Position numbers and translations under genes: made by a program. Source: Isurus oxyrinchus (lineage: Eukaryota). From it: a stretch of DNA of 64,000 bases. Location: NCBI GenBank assembly GCA_026770705.1, contig JANJGN010000026.1, positions 35,960,001 to 36,024,000 on the forward strand, in the 5' to 3' direction. The notes beneath the pieces were generated by a model. That model saw only the letters and a program-made list of their open reading frames with translations, was not told where the DNA came from and searched no databases. This document shows positions 1 through 11,776 of the stretch, in pieces (the first letter of the stretch is position 1; every line of letters begins with the position of its first letter).

Positions 1-1027
1 GTGACTAGTGGTGTGCTGCACTACTGTTGTACCACAAGGATCAGTTCTTGGGCCCCAGCTATTCACAATATATCTAAATAACTTCGATGAGGTAATCAAA
101 TGCAATATTCTAAGTTTGCTGATGGCACAAAAATGGATGGGCATTTGAGTTGTGAGGAGGATGCAAGGAGGCTTCAGGGAGATTTAGAAAAGTTTAGTTT
201 GTGTGTGGGCAAACACATTGCAGATGCAGTATAACATGGATAAATGTGAAGTTATACACTTAAACAGAAAGGCAGAGTATTACTAAAATGGTGATATATC
301 GGGAAATGTGTATGTACAAAGAGATCTGGGTGCTCTTGTACACCAGTCAATGAAATTAAGCAGCAGGTGCAGCAAGCAATTAGGAAGGCAAATGGTATGT
401 TGGCCTTTATTGCAAGAGGATTTGAGTTCAGAAGTGAGGATGTCTTACTACAGTTATACAAGGCCTTGGTGAGACCACACCTGGAGTATTGCGTGCAGTT
501 TTGGTCTCCCTACCTAAGAAATGATATACTTCACATCGAAGGGGTGCAGGGAAAATTCACTAGGCTGATACTGGGGAAGGCAGGACTGTAGTATGAGGAG
601 AGATTGTTCAACCTGGCCTGCATTCAATGGAGGTTACAAGAATGAGAGCGGATCAGATTGAAACGTATAAAATTCTAACATGGCTAGACAGACTGTATGC
701 AGGGAGGATATTTCCCCTGGACCAGCCGCCTAGAACCAGGGGCCACTGTCTCAGGATGCAGGGCAGGCCATTTAGGACCGAGAGGAGGAAACATTTCTTC
801 ACCCAAATGGTGTTCAACCTGTCGAATTCTGTACCAAAGAAGGCTGTGGAGGCTGGGCCACTGAGTATGTTCAAGAAAGAATTTGATATTTTTTTGGATA
901 TTAGGTTTGGAGAGAAAGCAGGAATATGGCTTTGAGATAAAGGATCAGCCATGATCATATTGAATGGCGGAGGAGGCTCGAAGTGCCAAATGGCCTACTC
1001 CTGCTCCTAGTTTCTATGTTTCTATGT
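1..1027 (+). mobile_element. CR1-type LINE, 3' fragment (RT C-terminus and tail)
   Basis: Frameshifted RT motifs (GVPQGSVLGP-like, FAD-TK, LVRPHLEYCVQFWSP, TRGH-L). Ends in a TTTCTATG-type tandem tail at ~1011-1026. Confidence 0.9.
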
Positions 1028-1403
1028 GACGTCAGTCTGCTGTCTCTGTGTGTCCCTGAGCTTCAGGCAGCATTAGTCTCATTAGCCTTGTGCCGAGTGG
1101 CGTGCTTTGAGTGACGCTTGAGTGCCAGAGGCCTCGCTCTCCAAGCTGATTTGAAATATTAAGCGAATAAACAACTGATCAGAAGACTCATGCTGTGCTC
1201 GACATAACGGTATGATAGGATTCTGCAGTTTATTTTCACAACCGCTTCTCAAAACAATTGGGTGACATTTTGATCCGAGGTTAAATTGGCTTCCTCTAGA
1301 TGTATGTTGCGGCGCATGAAAGCGGGCTGCACATTGAGGCGATATCTGCCCGCGATTCTACACAATCCGAAAGAGACCGGAGCTCCCAGCGACAGCCAGA
1401 GTT

Positions 1404-1495
1404 AGTTTTTGTACGGGGGTGAGATTGCTCCACATCATTGAGAGTCTTAGAGAGAACAATAATACAACATACTGTCAGTATTCACGTCTGTGTAA
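1404..1495 (-). pseudogene. TCR V 3' relic with degenerate 23-RSS (family of the 18.7-kb V)
   Basis: Minus strand reads ...DSMLYYCS..., then CTCAATG (1442-1436), 23 nt, ACAAAAACT (1412-1404). The flank at 1200-1400 resembles the flank at 18420-18620. Confidence 0.65.
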
Positions 1496-1509
1496 AGAAT
1501 AGGTTAGGT

Positions 1510-1970
1510 ATGGAAAGAAGCTGCCGCTGCACTGCTGTAGCAAACATTATCAGGGAAGGCATAACATGGCTTGGATACAAAGTAAAGCTCCTCGTACAGC
1601 GCCCCGTCAAGCATTCACAGGACAGGTACAGGCACAGATTGGATGCAGAATAATATTCCCTCTCAAATGTCCCACTTAAAATTCTCAGGGCGGGTACAGT
1701 GCCAATTACATACAGAGTAAAGTTCAATCTCAAAAAACTGGCCTCGGACAGGTAAAGCAGAATAAAGTCCCATCAATCTGTCTGCATCAAACATTCCTCG
1801 GTAAGGCACAACACAGGTTAGAAACAGAACAAGGATCCCTTTACACTGTACCATTGAACATTCCCCAGGGCTTATGTAGCACACGTTAAATACAGAGTAA
1901 TGTTCCCTCCAAAACCTCAGGGCAGATGTAGCATAGGTTACTGTGTTATATACAGAGTGAAATATCATGT
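1510..1970 (+). repeat. Degenerate ~66-68-bp tandem repeat
   Basis: Recurring ATACAGAGTAAAGCTCCCTC...CAAACATTC..AGGACAGGTACAGCA-like units. Confidence 0.6.
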
Positions 1971-2959
1971 TGTCTATTTGAATTGCTGCAATAATATCCA
2001 CGATTAACAGGCGCTGCTTTCTGGGACTTTACAGGTACTTGCTGAAACTTTTTGTTCGGAAATTGAGCTCAGGTCAGGCAAATCTTATGAAGTAATTATC
2101 TGATATTCAAGATAAATCTCTTCATTTAAAAATGATGCAAGTATAAACTCAAAAACGTTTGGTTATTTCTTCCGAGAGATGAAACCATCTATATTATATT
2201 GCTGACTCGAGTTCTTCAAACTTATTACGTCGATGTACATTAACGTTGCTTGAACACTGCGATTGCCTCGAAGCACAAGACAGATGACAGGGTAACACCC
2301 CATTAACAATTGTCTCTCATATGCTGTAAGGTCAACTTTAGCAAATGTTGGCTGGAGATCGTTAAGCTCCCTCTAGTCTTTAATACTTTCCATTAAGCTG
2401 GCCCACCAAGGGACGACGGGTCAGGAACAACATTGGTTCTGAACAGATTAGGGATCCTTCTATGCCTTTTATGTAGTGCTTCTAAGTTGTTCCTTCTATA
2501 GATCAGACACTAGGTTACTAATCTTGCTTGTGAGGCGCCTTCTTAAGCTTTATGCCAAGCTTTCAACTTTCAATGAAATACAAGCTTCTTGAATCAATGT
2601 GTTGAATTGCACTTTCTGAAGTAGACGAGAATGAGCTAAAAGCTTTATAACCAGCCGGGTGGATTCCTGACCCGCACACAGAGCAGAAACACAGAAACAG
2701 ATACCAGCGGCGCAACAGTCGGGCTCTCAGCAGATAAGCCTCTATTGTTTGTCAAATTAAACAAGGCAATTTATCTTAATTGGGTAATGGTAAATTTCCG
2801 ACAATATTAAGTTTGAAGCATGGTACAGCTGAGCTAGTTGAAACCACTGTTAGCCAACAAGGGATGACATCTGAAGTGGAGACCATCACATGAAACTTCT
2901 GGGCCATATGGAAACTGCAGAACTGTTCGTTTGTCCTGATAAACCACAAATATAAGAAG

Positions 2960-4800
2960 AGGCTCCAACGACAGAGTTTCTGATACAGATGCAGTTGATG
3001 AATGGTTTAGTGTGATATAAACAGAGGCATTATCAGGTGAATTAATAACTGAAAAATAGATTCGAAATATAGAATCAAGTGCGCAGGCAATGCAGACACG
3101 GTTAATGTAAAGTAGAAAGTTGTATGTTCCAGTGCGATAATAACTGATATAGAGATGATTGGAAGGTGGACAGTGGCAGGTGTAATGTAATATAAAAAGA
3201 GACATGGTTTCGTTTTGGTAACAATTAAGAAAGAGCCTAATGCAATGTAAACTCACGCATGCCTGAATGGAACATTATACTTTCTACACACCACTCTGCT
3301 CTCAAGTCCACATGTCCGTCCTTGGCCTGCTGCAATCTTCCAGTGAAGCTCAACGCAAACTGAAGGAACAGCACCTCATCTTCCGACTAGGCACTCTACA
3401 GCCTTCTGCACTGAATATTGACTTCAACAACTTCAAATCATGAACTCTCTCCTTCATCCCCACTCCCTTTTCGATCCCCCTTTTTCCAATAATTTATAAT
3501 TTTTAAAATATATTTTTCTTTTCCCACCTATTTTTAAATGTATTTCGATCTATCGTTTTGTCTCCATCTTTTAGCCTATTTCGATCCCTTCCCCCCACCC
3601 CACCTCCACTAGGGACATCTGCCACTAGCTTGTCCTACTTTCTACCCTTAATGTCCCCATTAGCACATTCCTTAGTTAATATCACCACCGTCAACACTCC
3701 TTTGTCCTTTTGGCTATGACATCGTTGGCAATCTCGTCTTTGCCTCCACCTATCACTGGCCCTCTATCCAGCTGTGACTGACCCACCCTCTTCAACCAGC
3801 TTATATTTCACCACATTTCTATATTTCCTTCGTTCTGATGAAGAGTCATACTGACTCGAAACGTTAACTATATTCCTCTCTGCAGATGCTGTCAGACCTG
3901 CTGAGTTTTTTTTTTATTTTTGGAACATTACACTTGATGTCTTATAGGAGTATAGACAAGATATCTTGCAATGACAACCGAGAGGGGGTCTTGTATAATA
4001 GAATAAATGGCGTGGTCTCGTCAAATCATTATGGACAAGGCTTAGAAGAATGCAGCAGTAAATGAGACAGGGTCAATGTGATATATATGCGTCGCCCATT
4101 GCAGTAATAACTTAATAACTGGTAATAACTGCTGCAACCTAAATAAGGACATGGTCTAGCTTAATATTGACAGATGCAGAGTTGAGTGTAGTATAAACAG
4201 GAATGATATGTTGTAATATAAACTGTAACAAAGATGAACAATGACATTGTCTAGAATATTACTGACTTAAAAAGGGTCTAGCGTAATGGCAACAAACGCA
4301 TAGACATAGACATAAAAAGGGCCTCTTGTCATATAAACGGAGATAAGATCGAGTGCGGTAATAACTGAGACAGGGTCAATTGTTATTCAGCCAGAGATAG
4401 AATCTTCTGCAATGATTACTTGGATAGATACCCGTTTTATTAATCAAGAAGTCATGGACTAGAACAACCATAATCAGGGCCTGATGAAACAGTAAATGAG
4501 ACAGAGCCTACTGTAATATTCAAGAATCCAGAGACTAATGAAATAACAGTGGGAGTCTGTAGAAACGAAACCACAGGCAGAAGGTGATGTGCTAATCAAG
4601 GAGACAAGGACTACTGAAATAATAAACAGGGCGTGGCAAAATACTAACAGAGTCACACCGAAGTCTATCTATCAACGACAAAAGGCAGTAAAATAATAAT
4701 CAGGACCTGGCAAAACACTAAGAGAGGCAGAGCCTCGTGCCACAATCAAGGGCGGGAGTAGTACAATTAAATCCGGACCTGGTGAAACACGAACAGAGGC
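2960..4800 (+). repeat. Degenerate ~28-30-bp tandem repeat, interrupted by a Penelope fragment; same family at 47540-47720
   Basis: Recurring ATAACAGAGACAGGGTCTAGTGTAAT-like units. Confidence 0.55.
3285..3910 (+). mobile_element. Penelope-like element 3' fragment
   Basis: Matches 52610-53250 (AQRKLKEQHLIFRLGTLQP... and its downstream region). Confidence 0.75.
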
Positions 4801-6087
4801 TCAAATTTCATTGCAAGATTAATCTCACGATTTAGTTTCTGCGCAAATAGCGCCTAAAGCTGTGACTTCTCTGGTAAGTTCCATGCTGATCTGTAAATCG
4901 GTCGGCAGGAAAACGCGTATTTAAAATGTGAGATAAGGAGTTGTTTTGCCCAGAGATAAAACAATAGCCAATGTATAACGAACCTGGTGGATATTGGCAC
5001 AAAATGGTAAACAACGGGCACTATGATGAGAGTCGCGTATTTGGGTGAATAGTAGGACATTGCGGATACCCTGTTGTGCTGGAATGTCAATAAGAATATC
5101 GAATATGTTTTTCTGAAATGCAATCGACTAGTTCTAATATTGCACAGTCCCTTTCCCATCAACTCTGTCATGTCCTGGAGTTTTTATTCGCAGACTCTGT
5201 CACTGTTAATGATAATTCTGAATATTACTGAACTGGAAATCAATCCTCACTGAATTGAAACATCATTTTAAATGCAAAACACAGAAGGGAAGTTTAAATG
5301 AGAGAAGGGGTGGGGGGTGGGGGGGGGTTGTTTTTCGCTCATTTTGTATATATATGCCTGGATGTTGTCAATGGGCTGTATGATATTGCACCCTGATCCT
5401 CAGATGCTGGACTGAGGGAAGCAGCGGCACATCAGGCTCTCTCCTTCAGATCAGGCATTTAACCCAGATCCCGTCAACCCCTTCAGAATGTTAACGAATT
5501 CCTGGCAGTATTGTAATGAGTGGAAATAAGACCACACAATAAATACACATGGAACCACCTACCAGCTCCTTACTACAGGGGGAAGGAGGGCAGCAGCACC
5601 TACTGACAGAACCACGCCCATCTCACACCCTGGTCAATAGAGAAATGTGGAAGGGGATTTAACTTCCAACTCCAGTGAAGGGAGAGATAGCTGTAAGCTT
5701 CCCTCATTTAGCCTGAGGGTTATTCACACAACACACAACCAGAGACCACGGATCCTTGCGGCCTACCACTGATCTCGCGGACGCTGCCCTCTGCAAGTCA
5801 ACACTAGCCCACATTAAGCAGGGCATCCCAAACTGTGTGTCGCGCGACAGCCAGTGCGGTTACAGGGCCGGATTCGGGTATCGTGAGTTCCGAAGCAGCA
5901 ACAGACTGAGTGCAACAGATCCGCCCCCTTTGAACTCTCGATTTATTTGAACGGCAGGCGTGGCCTAATTTACCGATTTTCGTGCCTAAAATATTTCAGT
6001 CCAGTTCTGAATTCCGGCCTCCCAGTGCAGTCCAGGGCTGCAGTCTCCAACTCCCCGTCATATAAACCCTCAGATCCAGACAGCAGA

Positions 6088-6594
6088 ATGATGAGAATCC
6101 TCCTTGTTTTCAACCTGTGTGTCTGTTTACCCCGTGAGTACCGATCACACAAACCAACATTGTGTGGATTTCATATAAAGCTGCCCGAGTCCATCCCAAT
6201 TACAGAGACTATATGGGGGTTTCACCCAGTTCTGTGATTCGGCTCTGATGGTACATTAAAGTCTCTCTGTTTAATTACCAGGAGTTTTCAGTCAGTCAAT
6301 GATACAAACCCCGACAGCGGTGACCAGGAAGGACTGTCAGTCTCTCACCATCACCTATGTTTTCCATGCAGGTTATTGGGATATTTTCCAAACGGGGCTT
6401 TTCATCAGACAAACCCAGACCGAGGCAGAGTGGGAGCCAGTCTCCGACGGTGGGAGATTTGTTGTGTCAATGAATAAAACAGAAAATACATTTTCGTTGG
6501 AAATTCGGGATGTGAAAGTTGAAGATACTATTACTGTAAAGCTCAGTACTACGTTACACAGCGACTGGCCTCGGCTTTCCGCGATACAAAAACT
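6088..6594 (+). pseudogene. NAR-TCR V (IgNAR-like V) pseudogene with leader and 22-nt-spacer RSS
   Basis: Leader 6088-6133 MMRILLVFNLCVCLP|GTGAGT. Exon 6282-6556 RVFSQSMIQTPTAVTRKDCQSLTITYVF...FIRQTQTEAEWEPVSDGGRFVVSMNKTENTFSLEIRDVKVED-(frameshift)-YYCKAQYY. VNAR-like: no CDR2, GGRF/YV, FSLxIxD, YYCKA, extra FR1 Cys. Cys23 is Tyr. RSS CACAGCG (6557-63), 22 nt, ACAAAAACT (6586-94). TATAAA at 6061. Confidence 0.85.
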
Positions 6595-6794
6595 CTCACT
6601 GCAGATTATCACAGAAACAAGTGAAAAAGCGGAGTTACTCTGCCGTTAAACGCCGACAGTTCCCCCTCACACCGTCTGCCCCACAGTCTGATTTAGAATG
6701 AGATTGGTTTATACCCATTAACATCGAGTTTTAAAACTACCAAGTGTGTACGGATGGTGAAGGCTTCCCCGGGGTTGGTGTCGGTGAAATAGAG

Positions 6795-9290
6795 GAACAT
6801 AGAAATATAGCAATAGGAGCAAGAGTAGGCCGTTCGGCCCCTTCGATCTTGCTCCGCCATTCAATATTATCGTTGTTGATCCTCGATTTAAACACCGTAT
6901 TCCCGCTTTCTGTCCATACCTCTTGATGCCACTAATATCCAAAAATGTTTCCATTTTTTCATGAATATACTCAGTGGTCCGGCCTCCACAGCCTTCTTTG
7001 GTTGAGAATTCCATAGGTTGACCACCCTCTGAGTGAAGGAATTTTCCTCATTTCGGTCTTAAATGGTCTTCCCTGTATCCTGAGACTGTGGCCCCTGGTT
7101 CTAGACTCCCCAACGAGGGGAGACATCCTCCCTGCATTTAGTCTGTCTAGCGCTGTTAGAATTATATGTGTTTCAATCAGATCCCCTCTCATTCTTCTAA
7201 ACTCTAGTGAATACAGGCCCAGTCTAACCAATCTCTCCTCATACGACAGTCCTGCCATCAGCCTACTGAACATTCGCTGCACTCCCTCTATGCCAAATAT
7301 ATCCTTTCTTGTGCAGAGAGACCAAAACTGCAACGCTCCAGGTGTGTTCTCACCAAGGTCCTGTGCAACTGCAGTAAAACATCCCTACTTCTGAACTCAA
7401 ATCCTCTTGAAATGAAGGCCAACGTACCATTTGCCTTCCTAATTGCTGTACCTGCCTGTTTAGTTTCATTGGCTGTTGTACAACGACACCCAGATTCCTA
7501 CATCTATATTTCCCAATTTATCACCATTTAAATAATACTCTGCCTTCCTATTTTTCACACCGAAGCGTAAAACTTTATATTTATCCGCATTATACTACAT
7601 TTGCTATGTGTTTGCCCACACACAAACACAACTTGTCTATATTACTCTGAATCTCCCTTGCATACTCCTCACATCTCACAACCCCACTCAGTTTTGTGTC
7701 GTTAGCAAACTTGGAAATATTGCATTTGGTTTCCTCATCCAAATTATCTATATATGTTGTGAATAGCTGGGGCTCAAGCACTGATCCCTGCGGTACACCA
7801 CTAGTCACGTCCTGCCACCTGGGAAAAGACCCATTATTCCCACTGCCTGTTTCTGGTCTGTTAATCAATTCTCAATCCAAGCCAGTATATTACCTCCAAT
7901 CCCAGGTGTTTTACTTTTGCCCACTAGCTTCTTATGTGGGACCTTATCAAAGCCTTCTTGAAATCCAAATACACTACATCCACTGGTTCTCCCTTATCTC
8001 TTCTACTAGTCACATCTTCAGAAAAGCTCGAGTAGATTAGTTAAGCATGATTTCCCTTTCATAATCCGATGCTAACTTTGTCTAATCCCCTTGATGCTTT
8101 CCAAGTGTTCAGTTACCACGTCTTTTACAGCAGACTCTAATATTTTCCCCACTACTGATGTGAGGCTAACTGGTCTGTAATTATTTGTTTTTTCTCTCCC
8201 TCCTTTTTTAAAATGATGGGGTTATATTTGCCACTCTCCAATATGTAGGAACTGTTCCAGAGTCTATGGAATTTTGGAAGGTGACCACCAATGCATCCAA
8301 CATTTCCAGGGCCACTTCCTTCAGAACTCTGGGATGTGGATTATCAGGCCCTGGGGATTTTTCAGACTTTAACCCCATTAATTTCTCCAGCACAATTTTT
8401 TTCACTAATGCTGATTTCCTTCAATTCCTCGCTCTCACTGGGTCCTTGGTTCCCTAACATTTCTGGGAAATTATTTGTGTTGCCTTTTGTGAAGGCAGAA
8501 CCAAAATATCTCTGTAATTCTTCTGTCATTTCTTTGTTCCCAATTATAGTTTCCCCTGTTTCTAACTGTTTGTTTACTAATCTTTTTCTCTTCGCATATT
8601 TATGGATGTTTTTACAATCAGTTTTTATGTTTCCTGCAAATTTACTCTCATACTCCGTTTTCCTCTTCTTGATCAATCTTTTTTCCAGTTGAGCTGAATT
8701 CTAAATTGCTTCCAACCCTCAGGATTGCAGCTTTTTCTGGAAATGTTTTATGTCTACTCGTTGGATCTAATACTATCCATAATTTCTTTTGTCATCCATG
8801 GCTGAACCATCTTTCCTACATTATTTATGCACCAGACGGGAATGAATAATTGTTGTAATTCATGCATACGTTCCTTAAATATTAACCATTGCGGATCTAC
8901 TGTCAGCCCTTTTCGTAAGGTTCCCCAATCTATCATTGCCAACTCTCCCCTCATAACCGTGCAGTTCGCTTTATTTAGATTCAAGACACTAGTTTCGGAT
9001 TCAACTCCTTCACTCTCCATCTTAATGAACAATTCTATCATGTTATTGTAGCTCTTCCCCCAGGGACCCTGCACAACAAGGTTGTTAATTAATCCTTTCT
9101 CATTGCACAATACCCAGTCTCGGATAACCTGCTCTCCAGTTGGCTCCACAATGTATTGCCCTAAAAAACCATCACGTACAGACTCCAGGAAATCCTCCTC
9201 CACAGTATTATTGCTACCTTGGCTGTCCAATCAATACGTGGATTAAAGTCACTCATGATTACAGTTGTACTCTTATTGCATACGTCTCTA
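6795..9290 (-). mobile_element. CR1-type LINE (late endonuclease region to RT and 3' end) inserted between the NAR-TCR V and D
   Basis: Broken ORFs with KSPGPD-HPRVLKE, W-VANITP-F, VTSGVPQGSVL, KFANDTKL, TRGHSL. Confidence 0.92.
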
Positions 9291-9450
9291 ACTCAGTAAT
9301 TTATTTTCTAATTCCTGAATGAGGATTGGGAATGACTGATCCTAGTTACAAACCCCTAACACCACATGTGATCCTGTTCTAACAGCTGGAACCGGGAACC
9401 ACAGTCCCCGCTGTTTAACTAATGTTCCCACATCTCACCAAGTATCCATG

Positions 9451-9509
9451 GTACTTTATACTGACTTGTAACACGGGCAGTCACAGTGGGAGAGAACAGG
9501 GCAAATACC
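9451..9509 (+). pseudogene. Putative NAR-TCR D segment flanked by 12-RSS on both sides (5' RSS degenerate)
   Basis: 3' RSS: CACAGTG (9482-88), 12 nt, GCAAATACC (9501-09). 5' side: GTACTTTAT, 12 nt, CACGGGC (9451-78). Lies between the NAR-like V and J. Confidence 0.55.
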
Positions 9510-9816
9510 TTTGTAAATATTAATTCTCTGCGCCCGGATAGTGAATTGTCCGGTTGATGGTATTATCGTTGCAATATGGTGACATTTCATTGCAATTTCC
9601 ACCATTCAGTTATCTTTCTTTGATATTTTTCTCGGTTTATATGAAGCGAACATCTCATTCCCGGGACCATTTACTCAGAGCTCAGGGCCTCACAAAGAAC
9701 AGTTTGAATCGATAGAGTCTTTGAAACATTGAATATTAACTATTCATTTAAACCCGCTGTATAACTGTGAGGTATTTCTTGCTTGATGATGATTTCCCAG
9801 CAGGTTGAGTTGTCGA

Positions 9817-9900
9817 TGATTTTGTACCTGGAAGAGTGAGAGTGGCGTGCTAATTATGTAGATGGATCCGGGATGATGGTGACTGTCACAGCCGATAAGT
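9817..9900 (+). pseudogene. NAR-TCR J segment (IgNAR/IgH-like), pseudogenised
   Basis: 9850-9894 encodes NYVDGSGMMVTVTA (GxGT motif with T>M). The phase-1 donor has mutated to ATAAGT. Upstream TGATTTTGT...TGGCGTG is a degenerate RSS with a shortened (17-nt) spacer. Confidence 0.75.
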
Positions 9901-10439
9901 GACTCTGTAGCCCGCATGTTGCACACTGTGCTGGATAATGTTCACCGTCAGCCCTATTATTGTGATCAGCATCGTTTCAATCACATCGAAGCTAAAGAAA
10001 AACGATTTCTAAGGGACGTTTTCCGTTGCAGGCTTGGATTTGGGAACAGGATTCTGAATCGACATTCTGGTCATTTTATCCGCCATGTCTTTCAATTGTC
10101 TTCATATACCCAATCACTTTCCTCCTTTTCCGGCCTCAGACCGAAATGTGAAAGTTTGGAACTGCAGACACTTCTCTATGTTGAATGTCGATGTTTGAGA
10201 GATGGGATTGCTGTAGCTTCTCTGTATCCCTGATTACTGTGAATTGAAAGAGCACAGTGCAGTGAGAGAGTGAGGATGATGCATTAATCTTATAAAGGAG
10301 AACAGGGACATAAGGAAACAATCATAAACTGAGAGAATGTTCATTTATAACCAGCAAGAAATAATTAATCGAATGGGAGAGAAGGATTGGATAATCTCTG
10401 GACTGTTAAAAGTACAATCCGAGCCCAGGGTGGTGCGTG

Positions 10440-10770
10440 ATGTTTATGGAGAGAAGGACTCCAGTTTGGAATGCTGTGTAAATTCTGGTCTCTTTCTTAG
10501 TGAAGGTTCTACATGCTTTGCAACAAATGTTCACCAGACTAATTCCTGAGGGAAAGGGATTGTCCTATTAGAAGAGATTGAGTAGACTGGGCCTGTGTTC
10601 CCTAGAGTTTACAGGAATGAGGGGCGATCTCATGAGAACACATAATGTCCTTAAGGGGCTTGAGAGGGAAGATTCTAGGTGGGAGTTTCCTCAGGTTGGA
10701 AAGTCTACAATTGGGAGCCACAGCTTCAGCATAAGGGGTCGGCCATTAGAACTGAGAAGAGAGAAGTTTC
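10440..10770 (+). mobile_element. CR1-type LINE 3' fragment
   Basis: RLGLCSLEF-MRGDL...GSHSFSIRG. Confidence 0.75.
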
Positions 10771-11305
10771 AATCAATGCTGATTAATCACGATCACTTTC
10801 ATTTTGTTCATGCTGTGCGCATTGATGCTGATGCGGATTGTCCCGTACACTCATTTTTTGGAAACTGATTGCCTCACTGATAATAAATGTTCCCTCGGGG
10901 TGTCACTCACCAAGGAAAATAGAAGCAGACATGTAATATACATCATAGAACCATGCCGAGAGGTAGGATAATATTCGGTCCAAAGTACAATCTAATTTCT
11001 ACCAAAATGCACGTATTTCATCATGTGGCTGCACATTTTTCCTGTTGCAGTACAGTTACATCATCCATTTGAAAGTTCCCACAGACTCTGTTCGCACCAC
11101 TCATTCTGTCCGCGCAGTGCTGATTGGAAAAATTCTCGATGCAAAAGAAAATTGTCATCTCTGCACTTAGTCACATTTCAATGCCTGTGAATATGGTTGG
11201 AACAGGCTTCAAGTTAAGAAAAACGAACTTTTCATGTCATTGACAAATTCTCCCAGGTAAACAATGGCTAAGCAAACAAATAACGTTCATTTTTTTATTC
11301 TCCAG

Positions 11306-11392
11306 ATTCCAGTTCCCTGGTGTCTTGGTGCTCTGCAAACCTCTGCTGTCGGTGACACCGTTACTTGAAGCTGCGAATGTTCAGGGTTAGAT
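11306..11392 (+). pseudogene. 5' fragment of a leaderless supporting TCRdelta V of the NAR-TCR cassette
   Basis: Polypyrimidine tract plus CAG acceptor ending at 11305, then DSSSLV-(fs)-ALQTSAVGDTVT*SCECSG (FR1 to Cys23). No leader exon seen between J and this exon. Truncated at CDR1. Confidence 0.65.
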
Positions 11393-11395
11393 CAT

Positions 11396-11728
11396 GGAGA
11401 GAGCTGTACAGAAACCTGAACATGGTGGGATTACAGACATACAGTGATATAGAGCGCGGAGAGAGCTGTAGAAAAACCTGAACATGGTGGGATTACAGAC
11501 ACACTGTGATACAGAGCGCGGAGAGACCTGTACAAAAACCTGAACATGGTGGGAATACAGACACACAGTGATACAGAGCGCGGAGAGAGACCTGTACAAA
11601 AACCTGAACATGGTGGGATTACAGACACACAGTGATACAGAGTGCAGAGAGAGCTGTACAAAAACGTGAACATGGTGGAATTACAGACACACAGTGATAC
11701 AGAGCGCGGAGAGAGCCCTACAAAAAGC
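11396..11728 (+). repeat. 62-bp tandem array in which each unit is a full 23-RSS
   Basis: Unit = TGAACATGGTGGGATTACAGACA + CACAGTG + 23 nt + ACAAAAACC. Heptamers at 11440, 11502, 11564, 11628, 11690. Nonamers at 11408, 11470, 11532, 11596, 11658, 11720. Confidence 0.95.
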
Positions 11729-11776
11729 TGAACAAAGTGGGGATTCACGGAGCATGGAGAGAATGTCGATAGATAG

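Noticed and set aside
4840-5240. Donor GTAAGT, acceptor CCCAG and a DNSEYY* motif suggesting an Ig-like exon (e.g. TAILV)
   Set aside because: No consistent Cys/Trp framework and no RSS found.
9400-9438. CACAGTC with 23 nt as a second D 3' RSS
   Set aside because: The nonamer position (ACATCTCAC) is far from consensus and there is no matching 5' RSS.
11396-11728. RSS array considered as a CRISPR-like array, signal-joint concatemer or D-segment array
   Set aside because: The linkers are near-identical rather than unique spacers, heptamers are not fused head-to-head, and the linkers lack an upstream inward-facing RSS.
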